Source: a virus (lineage: Duplodnaviria; Caudoviricetes). Taken from it: a stretch of DNA of 35,577 bases. Positions 27,190 through 35,577 of this stretch are shown piece by piece (within the stretch, counting starts at the first letter, position 1; the number at the start of each line of letters is the position of its first letter). The notes under the pieces were generated by a model. That model made no database searches. It was given only the letters and a program-made list of their open reading frames with translations, and was not told the origin of the DNA. The position numbers were made by a program, and so were the translations under genes. The stretch is taken from positions 1 to 35,577 of the IMG/VR virus record IMGVR_UViG_3300026546_000011; one strand, 5' to 3'.

Positions 27190-27227
27190 TTCTTTATAAT
27201 ATAAATAGTATTTTATACTATAAAGAA
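27190..27227 (-). promoter_or_regulatory. 16-bp leader hairpin containing a late-type promoter motif (CTATTTATA, 27208-27200)
   Basis: Minus strand TTCTTTATAGTATAAA-ATACTA-TTTATATTATAAAGAA (one G:U pair), ending 1 nt before the ATG at 27188. Confidence 0.55.
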
Positions 27228-27236
27228 AATAAATTT

Positions 27237-27491
27237 TTAAGGAAAATAATCCCAACACCAAATAGGTGTTTTATCACCCACATAAGCACCTGAAACATTA
27301 TATGTAAAATATTCTAAAGCATCTAATTCATTCATACCATCTTCTATTAAAATATCAATACATTTTGATACTGAATAAATTATTCTCATTGAATGTTCTT
27401 CATACCCTATAACAGCAGCATCAAAACCATCGGCAATTAAAAAATCATAATCATAAAAATTTTCAACTATATTATCTAAAATTTCGCCCAT
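27237..27491 (-). CDS. Small acidic hypothetical phage protein
   Basis: 84 aa; ADGFDAAVIG...DALEYFTYNVSGAYVGDKTP. Confidence 0.75.
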   Translation of the reverse strand: MGEILDNIVENFYDYDFLIADGFDAAVIGYEEHSMRIIYSVSKCIDILIEDGMNELDALEYFTYNVSGAYVGDKTPIWCWDYFP

Positions 27492-27642
27492 AATATTCTA
27501 TTTTATTTATTACATAATGTGTAAATGTTGAATATTTGTTAACACACAAATCCAATATTTTATAATATTTACCACTTTTAATAATTTTATCAGTATTTCT
27601 ATCAACTAATAAATATACATTATACGTATTCTTCTTCCTCAT
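27472..27642 (-). CDS. Small hypothetical protein (start probably the Met at 27642)
   Basis: Fills the gap between the polymerase and the 84-aa gene with short overlaps at both ends. Confidence 0.4.
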   Translation of the reverse strand: MRKKNTYNVYLLVDRNTDKIIKSGKYYKILDLCVNKYSTFTHYVINKIEYYGRNFR

Positions 27643-30600
27643 CTTTTTTTGATTGTATAAAATCATCTAATATTTTTATACCATCATCACCAGTTTCATT
27701 TAAATAAGTATTAAAATCTTTTTCAATATTAAACGTATTTTTAAAGATTTCGAAAAATTTTAATCTTTCTTTATATTCATCACCATCAATATCAAAATTA
27801 GATGATATTTTAATATGATCCTGTTTTTTCTTTTCTTTATATTCTAATTCAATTTCAATTTCGCTTTTAGGAATTGCCAAATCTTTACGTATAATTTGAA
27901 TATATTTACCGTTATGATACCCAAGTTCATATCTCTTACCATATTTATATAATATATAATCACCTTTATTTATTTTATCATTAACAGATTTAATTAAAGG
28001 TTTACCAGTTTTTTTCATTTTCTTATTTAAAAATTCTAAAGCATGATTATATATATCATAATATATTTTTTTATTTTTACGCTCTTTAAAACCATTCCAA
28101 ACTAAACGAGGATCATAACCAGTAAAATTCCAAAAATTTATTTCTTCACTACTTAAACTCATAGTATCTTCTAAACTATCTAAATCATATAATCCCATTT
28201 CTAATTCATTACGAGTAAACATACCTTTTTTTAATGTTTCAATTTCCTCATTTTTATTAGTTGTTTCATTTTTCTTTTTAGTTCTTACTATTTTAGCAAA
28301 TATTTTTTCTCTAATTTCTGGTTTAAAACCAATTAACAAATTTGTTATTCTTTTATTAAATTTATCTAAATATTTATCAACATTATATTCACCTAACATA
28401 TCAGGATTATCTCTTAAATCATCTACACTAATTAATCTTGAAGCCATTCTTTTTTTACCAGTTTTTTTATCTTTTATAATTTTAGAATCCCCATGTGATT
28501 TACGATAACCAGTATTAACATAGTATATCATACTATCTAATTCAGGTTCAGGTGGCATATAAACTGCTATTAACTTCATTTTATCATTAACTGTTAATTT
28601 ACTCTCATCTTTTTTTAAGTCTAATTCGTTTTTATGTTTTTCAAATAATTCTTCAGCAATTAATTTACGTTGTTTTATAACCAATTCCATATGAGCCTGT
28701 TGCGCCTTATCTTTACCGTTTTTATCTTTACCACGTTTTTTATATTCATCAATAGTGTACTTAAATCGACTTTTATTTGCTATCTTTTTTAAGGGTATTC
28801 TTCTATAATAAATATCATCAACATAATCATTATAATATTGTACAAATTCATATCCCTTACCATTTAAAATTAAATCAAAACCTTTATTCATAAAATCTTC
28901 AATATATTCTGGCATTGTAACAGATTTAATAGTATTACCTATCAATTTCACTTGTTTCTTTATTTCACCCGTTTTTTTATTCTTTTTTTCAACTAATAAA
29001 GCATAATTATTACGAGATAAATTCAAACACGATAAAAATTCACCATCATTATCAACAGACATATAAGGGGGTATCATTTGTTCCTTATTATATTTGTTTA
29101 TTAAAGCTGCAATACCAACATCCCCACCATACTCCCACATTACCTCAATTGGCTTGTATTGGTCTATTTTAAACTCTCTCTCGTCAGTTATTCTTATATT
29201 AGTAGTATTTGGTATCTTAAAATTAATACCGTCTGTAATGGCTAATAATGGGATACAACCATATTTAGGAAACCAACTAATCCCTTGACGTAAATTTAAT
29301 CTACCATTACTTGTAATACGTGCTGCAGATATGTTATATGACCAATTAAATGAAATATCAGATCCTAAAGCACCAAATTGTGAATTATTCAAAATTTTTA
29401 TTGGTAATTGCTTTACTTTAAAAGAACTTCTATCTTTATCAGTTAACGTATTATTTTTATATTTTATATAAACATCAGGATCTAATTCTTTTAATAACTC
29501 TATTTCTTCAATATTTAAATCGCTGCTATTCGCTAATTTTTTATATATATTACGTGTCGTTGTCATATATAACAACATCATTTTCATTACACCTGTAATA
29601 TCGAAAATAGGAAATATATCCCATGTTAATTGTTCCATTGGATATAGTGAAGCATAATCAATTTTAACAATACGTTCAGTATAACCAGTCTTAAAACATC
29701 TTGATAACCCACCACTAAATTTTTGTTTAACATCTGGTACTGGAATTGCTATATTTTTTTCAAAACTCCATGCAGTTAATAATAAATTCCATATAGATGC
29801 AGTACCCATAGTACATATTTTTTGATATACTGTCGGTACTATTTTAGTTAACATAAAAGATGATTGACTGTATAATAAATCTACCTGTTCAGTTTCCCAA
29901 ATATCATCTAACAAATATTGTCTTAATAATTCACGACCATATTTAAAAATTATTTTATTTTCAGATAAAGCATTTTCTCTAAACCAATCTACAAAATCTT
30001 TATTGTCCTTTAAAATATTATTCCTATTTTTTTTATAATCATCTTCAGAATAATCCTTTTTTTGCTTTTGTAATAAAATCAATTCTTTAGATACGTCTTG
30101 ATATTTTTCAGGTATTTCTATATAATTATTTTCATTATCAGTAAGATATACACTATTTCTATAATACATATCACCAATACCATTATCATCCCCTTTTATG
30201 TAAGTTCTATTTGGTCTAGCAATACCCTCAAAATCCGCGATATATTTAAGATTTACTTTTTTTATATCTGTATTAAGAGCAGCTGTTTTTTTAGCAGCAT
30301 GTAAAATATCAACAACTGATGTACCCCACATTATAGTTGATGTATATCGTTCAGTATTAGTACCTATTTTAACAGTTGAATTAGGTCTACGTCTAATTTT
30401 AATATTATCCTTAAAAGATGTTCGTATTTTAGATAAATCCATTTTTAAAATTTTAGATCTATCTAAAATAAACATAAAGTCAAATTCTTCTGAGTTATAT
30501 CCTGCGATAATATCTGGTTTTAAAATATATATTAAATTAAAGAAATCTTGAATTAATTTAATTTCGCTTTCATCATCATCCAATTTATCTACCTCTAATA

Positions 30601-31246
30601 TTGTTTCAAATCCTTTATTATCTCTAATACCAATAGCAAATACCCTTGATATTTCTGGTCTTAAACCAGTTGTCTCAATATCGAAAATAAAACGATGTAT
30701 TTCATTATATTCTTCAATACCTTTAAATAATCTTGTTTTTTTATCAATAAGAAATTGTTCTTCTAATCGTAAAGTATAAAATAAATGTCTATTTGGGTAA
30801 ACAGGATCACCCTTTTTATCGGTTACTACATTACCCTCACCATCATATAATTTTTGATAAGCATACACACCCCCATCTTTAAAAAAATTTAATAAATGTG
30901 AATACGATTTAGAACTTGTAACTTTATATATATATCCCTTTTCTAATCTCTCTTGCCCCCCTGTTTCTAATTTATGATATGTAATACCATGTAAAATCTT
31001 TTGAGATTCCATGTATGTTTTATCATTACCATAAAAATCTCTAATACCATTTTTCTCAAAATCTTTAACATATAAAAATGGTGTATATGGTATTTCTTCT
31101 ATATATTTATCTTTACCAGGTGGGTGTATAATACATTCACCAATATTTGTTCGTGAATCTGTTTCTACATGAACCAAATATTTAATAGTATCATCATAAC
31201 CATCTAAAAAACTTTTTATTTCACTTATAACTGATAACTTATCCAT
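27620..31246 (-). CDS. Family B DNA polymerase with 3'-5' exonuclease
   Basis: ExoI FDIETTG, ExoII GYNSEEFD, ExoIII YLLDD, motif A DYASLYP, motif B KILNNSQFG, variant motif C AITDG. Confidence 0.93.
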   Translation of the reverse strand: MDKLSVISEIKSFLDGYDDTIKYLVHVETDSRTNIGECIIHPPGKDKYIEEIPYTPFLYVKDFEKNGIRDFYGNDKTYMESQKILHGITYHKLETGGQERLEKGYIYKVTSSKSYSHLLNFFKDGGVYAYQKLYDGEGNVVTDKKGDPVYPNRHLFYTLRLEEQFLIDKKTRLFKGIEEYNEIHRFIFDIETTGLRPEISRVFAIGIRDNKGFETILEVDKLDDDESEIKLIQDFFNLIYILKPDIIAGYNSEEFDFMFILDRSKILKMDLSKIRTSFKDNIKIRRRPNSTVKIGTNTERYTSTIMWGTSVVDILHAAKKTAALNTDIKKVNLKYIADFEGIARPNRTYIKGDDNGIGDMYYRNSVYLTDNENNYIEIPEKYQDVSKELILLQKQKKDYSEDDYKKNRNNILKDNKDFVDWFRENALSENKIIFKYGRELLRQYLLDDIWETEQVDLLYSQSSFMLTKIVPTVYQKICTMGTASIWNLLLTAWSFEKNIAIPVPDVKQKFSGGLSRCFKTGYTERIVKIDYASLYPMEQLTWDIFPIFDITGVMKMMLLYMTTTRNIYKKLANSSDLNIEEIELLKELDPDVYIKYKNNTLTDKDRSSFKVKQLPIKILNNSQFGALGSDISFNWSYNISAARITSNGRLNLRQGISWFPKYGCIPLLAITDGINFKIPNTTNIRITDEREFKIDQYKPIEVMWEYGGDVGIAALINKYNKEQMIPPYMSVDNDGEFLSCLNLSRNNYALLVEKKNKKTGEIKKQVKLIGNTIKSVTMPEYIEDFMNKGFDLILNGKGYEFVQYYNDYVDDIYYRRIPLKKIANKSRFKYTIDEYKKRGKDKNGKDKAQQAHMELVIKQRKLIAEELFEKHKNELDLKKDESKLTVNDKMKLIAVYMPPEPELDSMIYYVNTGYRKSHGDSKIIKDKKTGKKRMASRLISVDDLRDNPDMLGEYNVDKYLDKFNKRITNLLIGFKPEIREKIFAKIVRTKKKNETTNKNEEIETLKKGMFTRNELEMGLYDLDSLEDTMSLSSEEINFWNFTGYDPRLVWNGFKERKNKKIYYDIYNHALEFLNKKMKKTGKPLIKSVNDKINKGDYILYKYGKRYELGYHNGKYIQIIRKDLAIPKSEIEIELEYKEKKKQDHIKISSNFDIDGDEYKERLKFFEIFKNTFNIEKDFNTYLNETGDDGIKILDDFIQSKKDEEEEYV

Positions 31247-31609
31247 TTAATTATCTATTTTACGTTTTGATAACATTTTTGTTCTTCTATTAAATTTATA
31301 AACATAATCACCTACAACAGCACGATTTTCATCTAAAATTAAAGTAGGATCATCTGGTAATGCACCAATAAACCATAAAGCACAAACAAAATTATTTGGT
31401 TGCAATTTAATATAATTTTTTTTAATTTTAAATTTATAATCTAAATATTCTAATTCATCATCATAAACACCCACAGAAATTAAAATATTTTTTATTGTTT
31501 CTTTTATATCCCGTTGTATTTTTTCATCATTAAAATCAACATTTATTAATAATAAATGAATTAAAAAATCTCTAATAGGATTGATATTACGTTTATATAT
31601 TTGACCCAT
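31247..31609 (-). CDS. Hypothetical protein
   Basis: 120 aa, abutting both the helicase and the polymerase genes. Confidence 0.65.
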   Translation of the reverse strand: MGQIYKRNINPIRDFLIHLLLINVDFNDEKIQRDIKETIKNILISVGVYDDELEYLDYKFKIKKNYIKLQPNNFVCALWFIGALPDDPTLILDENRAVVGDYVYKFNRRTKMLSKRKIDN

Positions 31610-31610
31610 A

Positions 31611-33407
31611 TTATTTGTATTTTAATTTTATTTTGTTTATAACATTATTTAAAACTAAATTTGTTGCTTTCGATTCATATACTTCATTATCAATAACTTT
31701 TACTATTTCTGTTTTTTTATCTTCTAAACTATCATAAACCATTTCATCTATAGTATCTTTAAAAATTAATGGATATATATTAACAGTATTTTTTTGTCCA
31801 ATTCTATATATTCTATCTGAAACTTGATCATATTCACCAACTGAATAGGGTAATGTTATTAAAAACATTTTACTAGCAGCGGTTAAAGTTAAACCATAAT
31901 TTGCTGTTTGTATTGATGCTAAAAATATTTTTATTTTAGATTTCTCATCTTGAAATTCTCTAACCATATCAGATCGTTCCTCAACAGTTTGATCACCAGT
32001 ATGTAATACAGCAATATCACTATACATTTTTTTTAATTCTCGTAAACTTTCTTTAAAAAAATCAACAATAACTATTTTTTCATCTGTTTCTAATATACTA
32101 TTTATTAATGTTTTTAAATGATTAACTTTTAATTTTGCGGTAAATTGCCTTAATTTTACTATTTTAGTTAAAGGATTTAAATAAGTGTTTAATTTATAAT
32201 CACCTATTATTATTTCTTGTGCTACCCCTTCTTCAATAGTTTTATATTCTTTTAATTCTTTATCGGATAATTCTAATAATATTTTTTGATATATTTTATC
32301 TGGTAAATCTAATACTTCTTCTTTACGTTTTCTATGTGTATATGGTGATATTTTATAATATAATTCTTCAAATTTTTGTTGAGATATATCAGTAATCCAC
32401 CCATAACCATATAAATCATAAGTCATACCACAATAATATTCATAAAAATGTTTTTTTGTTTTAAAATCTAATGGTGATATTTGATTTAAAACACTATATA
32501 ATTCATATGCTCTATTAGGGGCTGGTGTTCCTGATAAAAATACTTTAGAAACTTTACCATTTCTAAAAATATCCTTTTTAAAAATTCTTTTAAAATTTTT
32601 AAATGTATTTGATTTAGTATTTTTTAACCGATGTGATTCATCGCAAATTAAACAATCAATTTTATCAATATTTAATTTATCCCATTTAGATTTAAAATAT
32701 ACCCATGAAGATGGATTAAAAAATTCATAATTTACTATAATATATTTAGATTCTTCAATAGTATATTTATTTTTATTCCAATTTATAATATAAGTTTTAC
32801 TATTTGTAAATTTTTCAACCTCATAATAAAAATTAAATTTTAGTGAATTTGGGGTAATGATAAAAACTTTTTCAAATTTATTATATTCCGCATAACCTAT
32901 TGAAATAACTGTTTTACCTATACCCATATCATGAGAAATTAAAGCATTTCTCACCTCATTTAAAAACATAACCCCTGCTATTTGATGTGGGTATAATTTT
33001 GTTTCTTCTTTTAAATTAATTTCAACTTCTTGACGATATTTCTCATATGTAACATCTAACTCTTGTTTCCATTTAGTCCAATATTCTTTATTTTTTTCAA
33101 GAGTTTTTTTTGCGCGAACAATTTCTTCTTTTTCTTTTTTTAATTTAGCAATAATATCTATAAATTGTTTACGATTATCATTATTACCAAAATCAAAATA
33201 TATTTTAGTTGAATTTTTATATATTTTTATTAATTCTAATAAACCATCTGCTTTTATTTCCCATGACTTATGTACCCCATTCCACTTACGTAATGATTTA
33301 TCTAAATTTTTTATATAATTTATTAATTGCTCATTATAAGGGAATTGCACATAATACCAAACTCTACGTGGTATCTTTTCGCATTTTACAATAAAAACTA
33401 CGTTCAT
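31611..33407 (-). CDS. SNF2-family (SMARCAL1/HARP-like) helicase/ATPase
   Basis: LYPHQ, HDMGIGKT, CDESH, LSGTP, ANYGLTL, QVSDRIYRIGQ; HARP-like N-terminus FPYN...RKWNGVHKSW. Confidence 0.92.
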   Translation of the reverse strand: MNVVFIVKCEKIPRRVWYYVQFPYNEQLINYIKNLDKSLRKWNGVHKSWEIKADGLLELIKIYKNSTKIYFDFGNNDNRKQFIDIIAKLKKEKEEIVRAKKTLEKNKEYWTKWKQELDVTYEKYRQEVEINLKEETKLYPHQIAGVMFLNEVRNALISHDMGIGKTVISIGYAEYNKFEKVFIITPNSLKFNFYYEVEKFTNSKTYIINWNKNKYTIEESKYIIVNYEFFNPSSWVYFKSKWDKLNIDKIDCLICDESHRLKNTKSNTFKNFKRIFKKDIFRNGKVSKVFLSGTPAPNRAYELYSVLNQISPLDFKTKKHFYEYYCGMTYDLYGYGWITDISQQKFEELYYKISPYTHRKRKEEVLDLPDKIYQKILLELSDKELKEYKTIEEGVAQEIIIGDYKLNTYLNPLTKIVKLRQFTAKLKVNHLKTLINSILETDEKIVIVDFFKESLRELKKMYSDIAVLHTGDQTVEERSDMVREFQDEKSKIKIFLASIQTANYGLTLTAASKMFLITLPYSVGEYDQVSDRIYRIGQKNTVNIYPLIFKDTIDEMVYDSLEDKKTEIVKVIDNEVYESKATNLVLNNVINKIKLKYK

Positions 33408-33428
33408 TTATATTATTTTTATTTAACA

Positions 33429-33459
33429 CAAAAATAGTATAAAAAAATAATATATACAA
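33429..33459 (-). promoter_or_regulatory. Bacteroidota-type promoter (TTG-N20-TATTTTTG) for the helicase-polymerase operon
   Basis: -7 TATTTTTG at 33436-33429; TTG at 33459-33457 with a 20-nt spacer. Confidence 0.65.
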
Positions 33460-33467
33460 TATTTTTA

Positions 33468-33875
33468 TTAAATAACAGTAGTCTTTGTTATTGAATCGCT
33501 AATAAGTATTATAATTTTATCATTATTAGGTATTGTTATTTTACCACAATTTTCCCCTAAAAAATCTAATTTAAATTCACCTCTAAATAAACCAACTATT
33601 GATGTTTGTTTTTCAGTAAATTGATAGGTCAGCGTATATTTAACTTCATCAGGATATAGTGGTCTATTTTCATTTATAATTAATTGAGCCTCTACATTTG
33701 CTATATGATATATACCAGTATCCTCATTTATCATTGAAAACGTTATAGCAACATCATCTAACATATCTTCAGCAATATCATATCGTTCTAAAAGATGTTG
33801 ATTTAAAGGATATTTTAGCACAGGTAATGTACTATTTTTTTTTATAAAAAATTTGCGTTCTGTATTGTAAAACAT
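33468..33875 (-). CDS. BppU-N-like / Ig-like structural protein
   Basis: FFIKKNSTLPVLK...TYQFTEKQTSIVGLFRGEF...ITIP pattern; follows the fibre-like gene. Confidence 0.5.
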   Translation of the reverse strand: MFYNTERKFFIKKNSTLPVLKYPLNQHLLERYDIAEDMLDDVAITFSMINEDTGIYHIANVEAQLIINENRPLYPDEVKYTLTYQFTEKQTSIVGLFRGEFKLDFLGENCGKITIPNNDKIIILISDSITKTTVI

Positions 33876-33885
33876 AATTTTAATT

Positions 33886-35577
33886 TTAAGTACCTAAATA
33901 TTTTAATTTAATAAAACTTGAATATGCTATTGTGTATACATTATGTATAGTACCAACATTATATCCTTTTAACTCCACCACATCATTTTCACTTAAAGAT
34001 ATTAAATATGATGGTAAAGTATTAGATAAATGAGCATTTGTCGTATTTCTAGCATATGATGCTGTTAATGTTTGTTTAATATCAACACCATTAACATAAA
34101 ATTTAATAGCAATTTCAGACCTATCAGTTGAATCTAAAAGAGCGTTAATATTATAATTTATTTCATAAAAACCACTCTTTAATATTGTTATTGTATTACC
34201 AGTACCATTAAAACTATTAAATGTATAATAACTATTATCAATATATTGAACTGTATCCCATCTTACTGATATAGCATTACTTTCATTCATATTGAAATTT
34301 TGTCCACCTATGGTATCTGTTAATTGAATAATACCTGTTAAAGGGTTATAAATTAAATCATCAATAGTTTTATTTGAATCCTTTAACATACCATTTGAAG
34401 TTATTAATGGTATATTATCTTCAACAGGATTTGATAACAAATCAATTTTATTATTTAAAACATCACTTATATCAGTACCGCTACTACCACCCCCTACTTT
34501 ACTTACAAGACCTAATAATATTCGATTATATGGTGGTGTACCATTTGAACTTACATAAGTTAAAAGTAATTTAACATACCCACCCATATCAATAGGATCT
34601 GCATTAATAGTATAAGTATAATTTATATCAGCGTTTTCTTTATCTCTTAAATAAAAAGTATCACCAACTTTAGCATTTAACCATGTATATTTACAATCTA
34701 TTTGATTTATATTTTGATAATCAATATATGCTTCAGTCACTAATGTTGGATCGGTATTATTAATTTTCATATAAGTAATACCTGGATCTGAATCATTAGT
34801 ATAGTTTAAATAATAATATTCTGATAAATATACCATATCAAAACCACTACCACCCGAAGTTACATAATCAATATTAACAGTATCACCAGACTTATACACA
34901 TAAACACCACCTTTACCTTTTAATGTATTACTTTCTAAAACAGTACCATTTTTATTTAAAATACTAATACCATTACCTAAATTTGATACACTATTTAATG
35001 ATTGAGGTAACGGTGAACCAACCCATAATCCTGACGAATTTTTTGTTAAAACATCATTTATATTACTATTTTCAGTATCAACATCATTTAAATCGTTTAA
35101 TTTAAATCTAAAAGGTGAACGTATAAATGAATTATTATCCTTACCAATAAAAATTTTAAAACTTTTATATTCATTAGATGCACCTACTTTTTCAACTAAA
35201 ATATGATATCTTAATAATCTACCACTTTCAATTTCAAAATCATCATCTAATTGACCTGATAAATATACGTTTTGAGTATAATTTATATTTAAGTTTAATA
35301 ATGAACTCTCCATAGTAAAAATAGGCTTAACACCTAAATCACCAATAGGTGTATTACTAATACCACTATCAATAGGTGCACCCGTTATTGTTGCATAATA
35401 AACTTCTATATATAATTTTTCGCTCGCACTTCTATCATTAATAATAACCTGTAATTGAGCATCATAAACACCCTTATATATTTTTGTTTTTATTGGTGTT
35501 AATAATGATACAAAATCCATATCTAAAGGTAGTTTTTCATTATCATAAACACTTTTCTCTAAATATTCACCACTATT
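33886..35577 (-). CDS. Tail-fibre-like protein with a C1q/BclA-C-like tip, 5'-truncated by the window
   Basis: The frame stays open from 35520 to the window edge. LNDLNDVD...DVL...WV and G/S linkers typical of fibres; C-terminal WD...ITILKSGFYEINYNI...LSENDVVEL jelly-roll pattern. Confidence 0.65.
   Translation of the reverse strand, partial: NSGEYLEKSVYDNEKLPLDMDFVSLLTPIKTKIYKGVYDAQLQVIINDRSASEKLYIEVYYATITGAPIDSGISNTPIGDLGVKPIFTMESSLLNLNINYTQNVYLSGQLDDDFEIESGRLLRYHILVEKVGASNEYKSFKIFIGKDNNSFIRSPFRFKLNDLNDVDTENSNINDVLTKNSSGLWVGSPLPQSLNSVSNLGNGISILNKNGTVLESNTLKGKGGVYVYKSGDTVNIDYVTSGGSGFDMVYLSEYYYLNYTNDSDPGITYMKINNTDPTLVTEAYIDYQNINQIDCKYTWLNAKVGDTFYLRDKENADINYTYTINADPIDMGGYVKLLLTYVSSNGTPPYNRILLGLVSKVGGGSSGTDISDVLNNKIDLLSNPVEDNIPLITSNGMLKDSNKTIDDLIYNPLTGIIQLTDTIGGQNFNMNESNAISVRWDTVQYIDNSYYTFNSFNGTGNTITILKSGFYEINYNINALLDSTDRSEIAIKFYVNGVDIKQTLTASYARNTTNAHLSNTLPSYLISLSENDVVELKGYNVGTIHNVYTIAYSSFIKLKYLGT

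Noticed and set aside
5985-27208. T4-type TATAAATA late promoters driving + strand transcription
   Set aside because: No credible + strand genes exist, and the motif sits at a consistent distance from minus-strand starts, so the opposite reading is preferred.
27620-31246. Intein or group I intron explaining the long PolB
   Set aside because: The frame is continuous, and I saw no intein HN-(C/S/T) junction and no LAGLIDADG or HNH motif.
3672-34574. Short + strand and nested ORFs in the track (3672, 3832, 11701, 12792, 13295, 19936, 21043, 21523, 23074, 29094, 30098, 33209, 34374)
   Set aside because: All lie within or opposite longer motif-bearing genes. Their F/L/I-rich translations are the expected shadow of K/N/E-rich AT-biased coding sequence.
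35518-35520. ATG at 35520 as the true start of the fibre gene
   Set aside because: The frame stays open to the window edge, so the gene probably starts further upstream.
1-35577. Eukaryotic giant virus or bacterial chromosome origin
   Set aside because: AT-richness, PolB and SNF2 could suggest this, but gp25/gp6-like baseplate genes, operonic coupling, bacterial terminators and Bacteroidota-type promoters indicate a tailed phage. No core cellular genes are present.
1-35577. CRISPR array, tRNA, rRNA, IS element or large ncRNA
   Set aside because: Intergenic gaps are all under about 100 nt and AT-rich. I saw no repeat-spacer periodicity, cloverleaf or transposase. A tRNAscan/Infernal run would be needed to exclude these fully.
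1-35577. Active stop-codon recoding in this window
   Set aside because: Genes are full-length and tightly packed under the standard code, with no fragmentation at TAG or TGA.

Overview
A very AT-rich, gene-dense segment of a large contractile-tailed (myovirus-like, probably jumbo) phage. Every credible gene is on the minus strand. The host is probably a member of Bacteroidota: there are TAnnTTTG promoters, leaders lacking Shine-Dalgarno motifs, and a protein with a T9SS-like C-terminus. In transcription order (right to left) the window holds: a truncated tail-fibre-like gene with a C1q/BclA-like tip; a replication block (SNF2 helicase, family-B DNA polymerase); a block with a T9SS-like secreted protein, a single-chain spanin-like protein and a Nudix fusion; an ~11 kb operon behind a putative phage late promoter (WYL protein, 1803-aa kinase/4x-repeat/CCA-adding polyprotein, an unannotated 49-aa ORF, ArdC-metallopeptidase, 2H phosphoesterase, HAD phosphatase, ParB-like fusion); a glycosyltransferase operon; and baseplate/structural genes (gp25-like, gp6-like, gp7-like). 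The most notable candidate system is this late operon. I infer it is a virion-packaged, protease-processed payload that includes a ligase-free tRNA 3'-end healing kit (2H + HAD + CCA). All family calls come from motif recognition by eye; no database searches were run.
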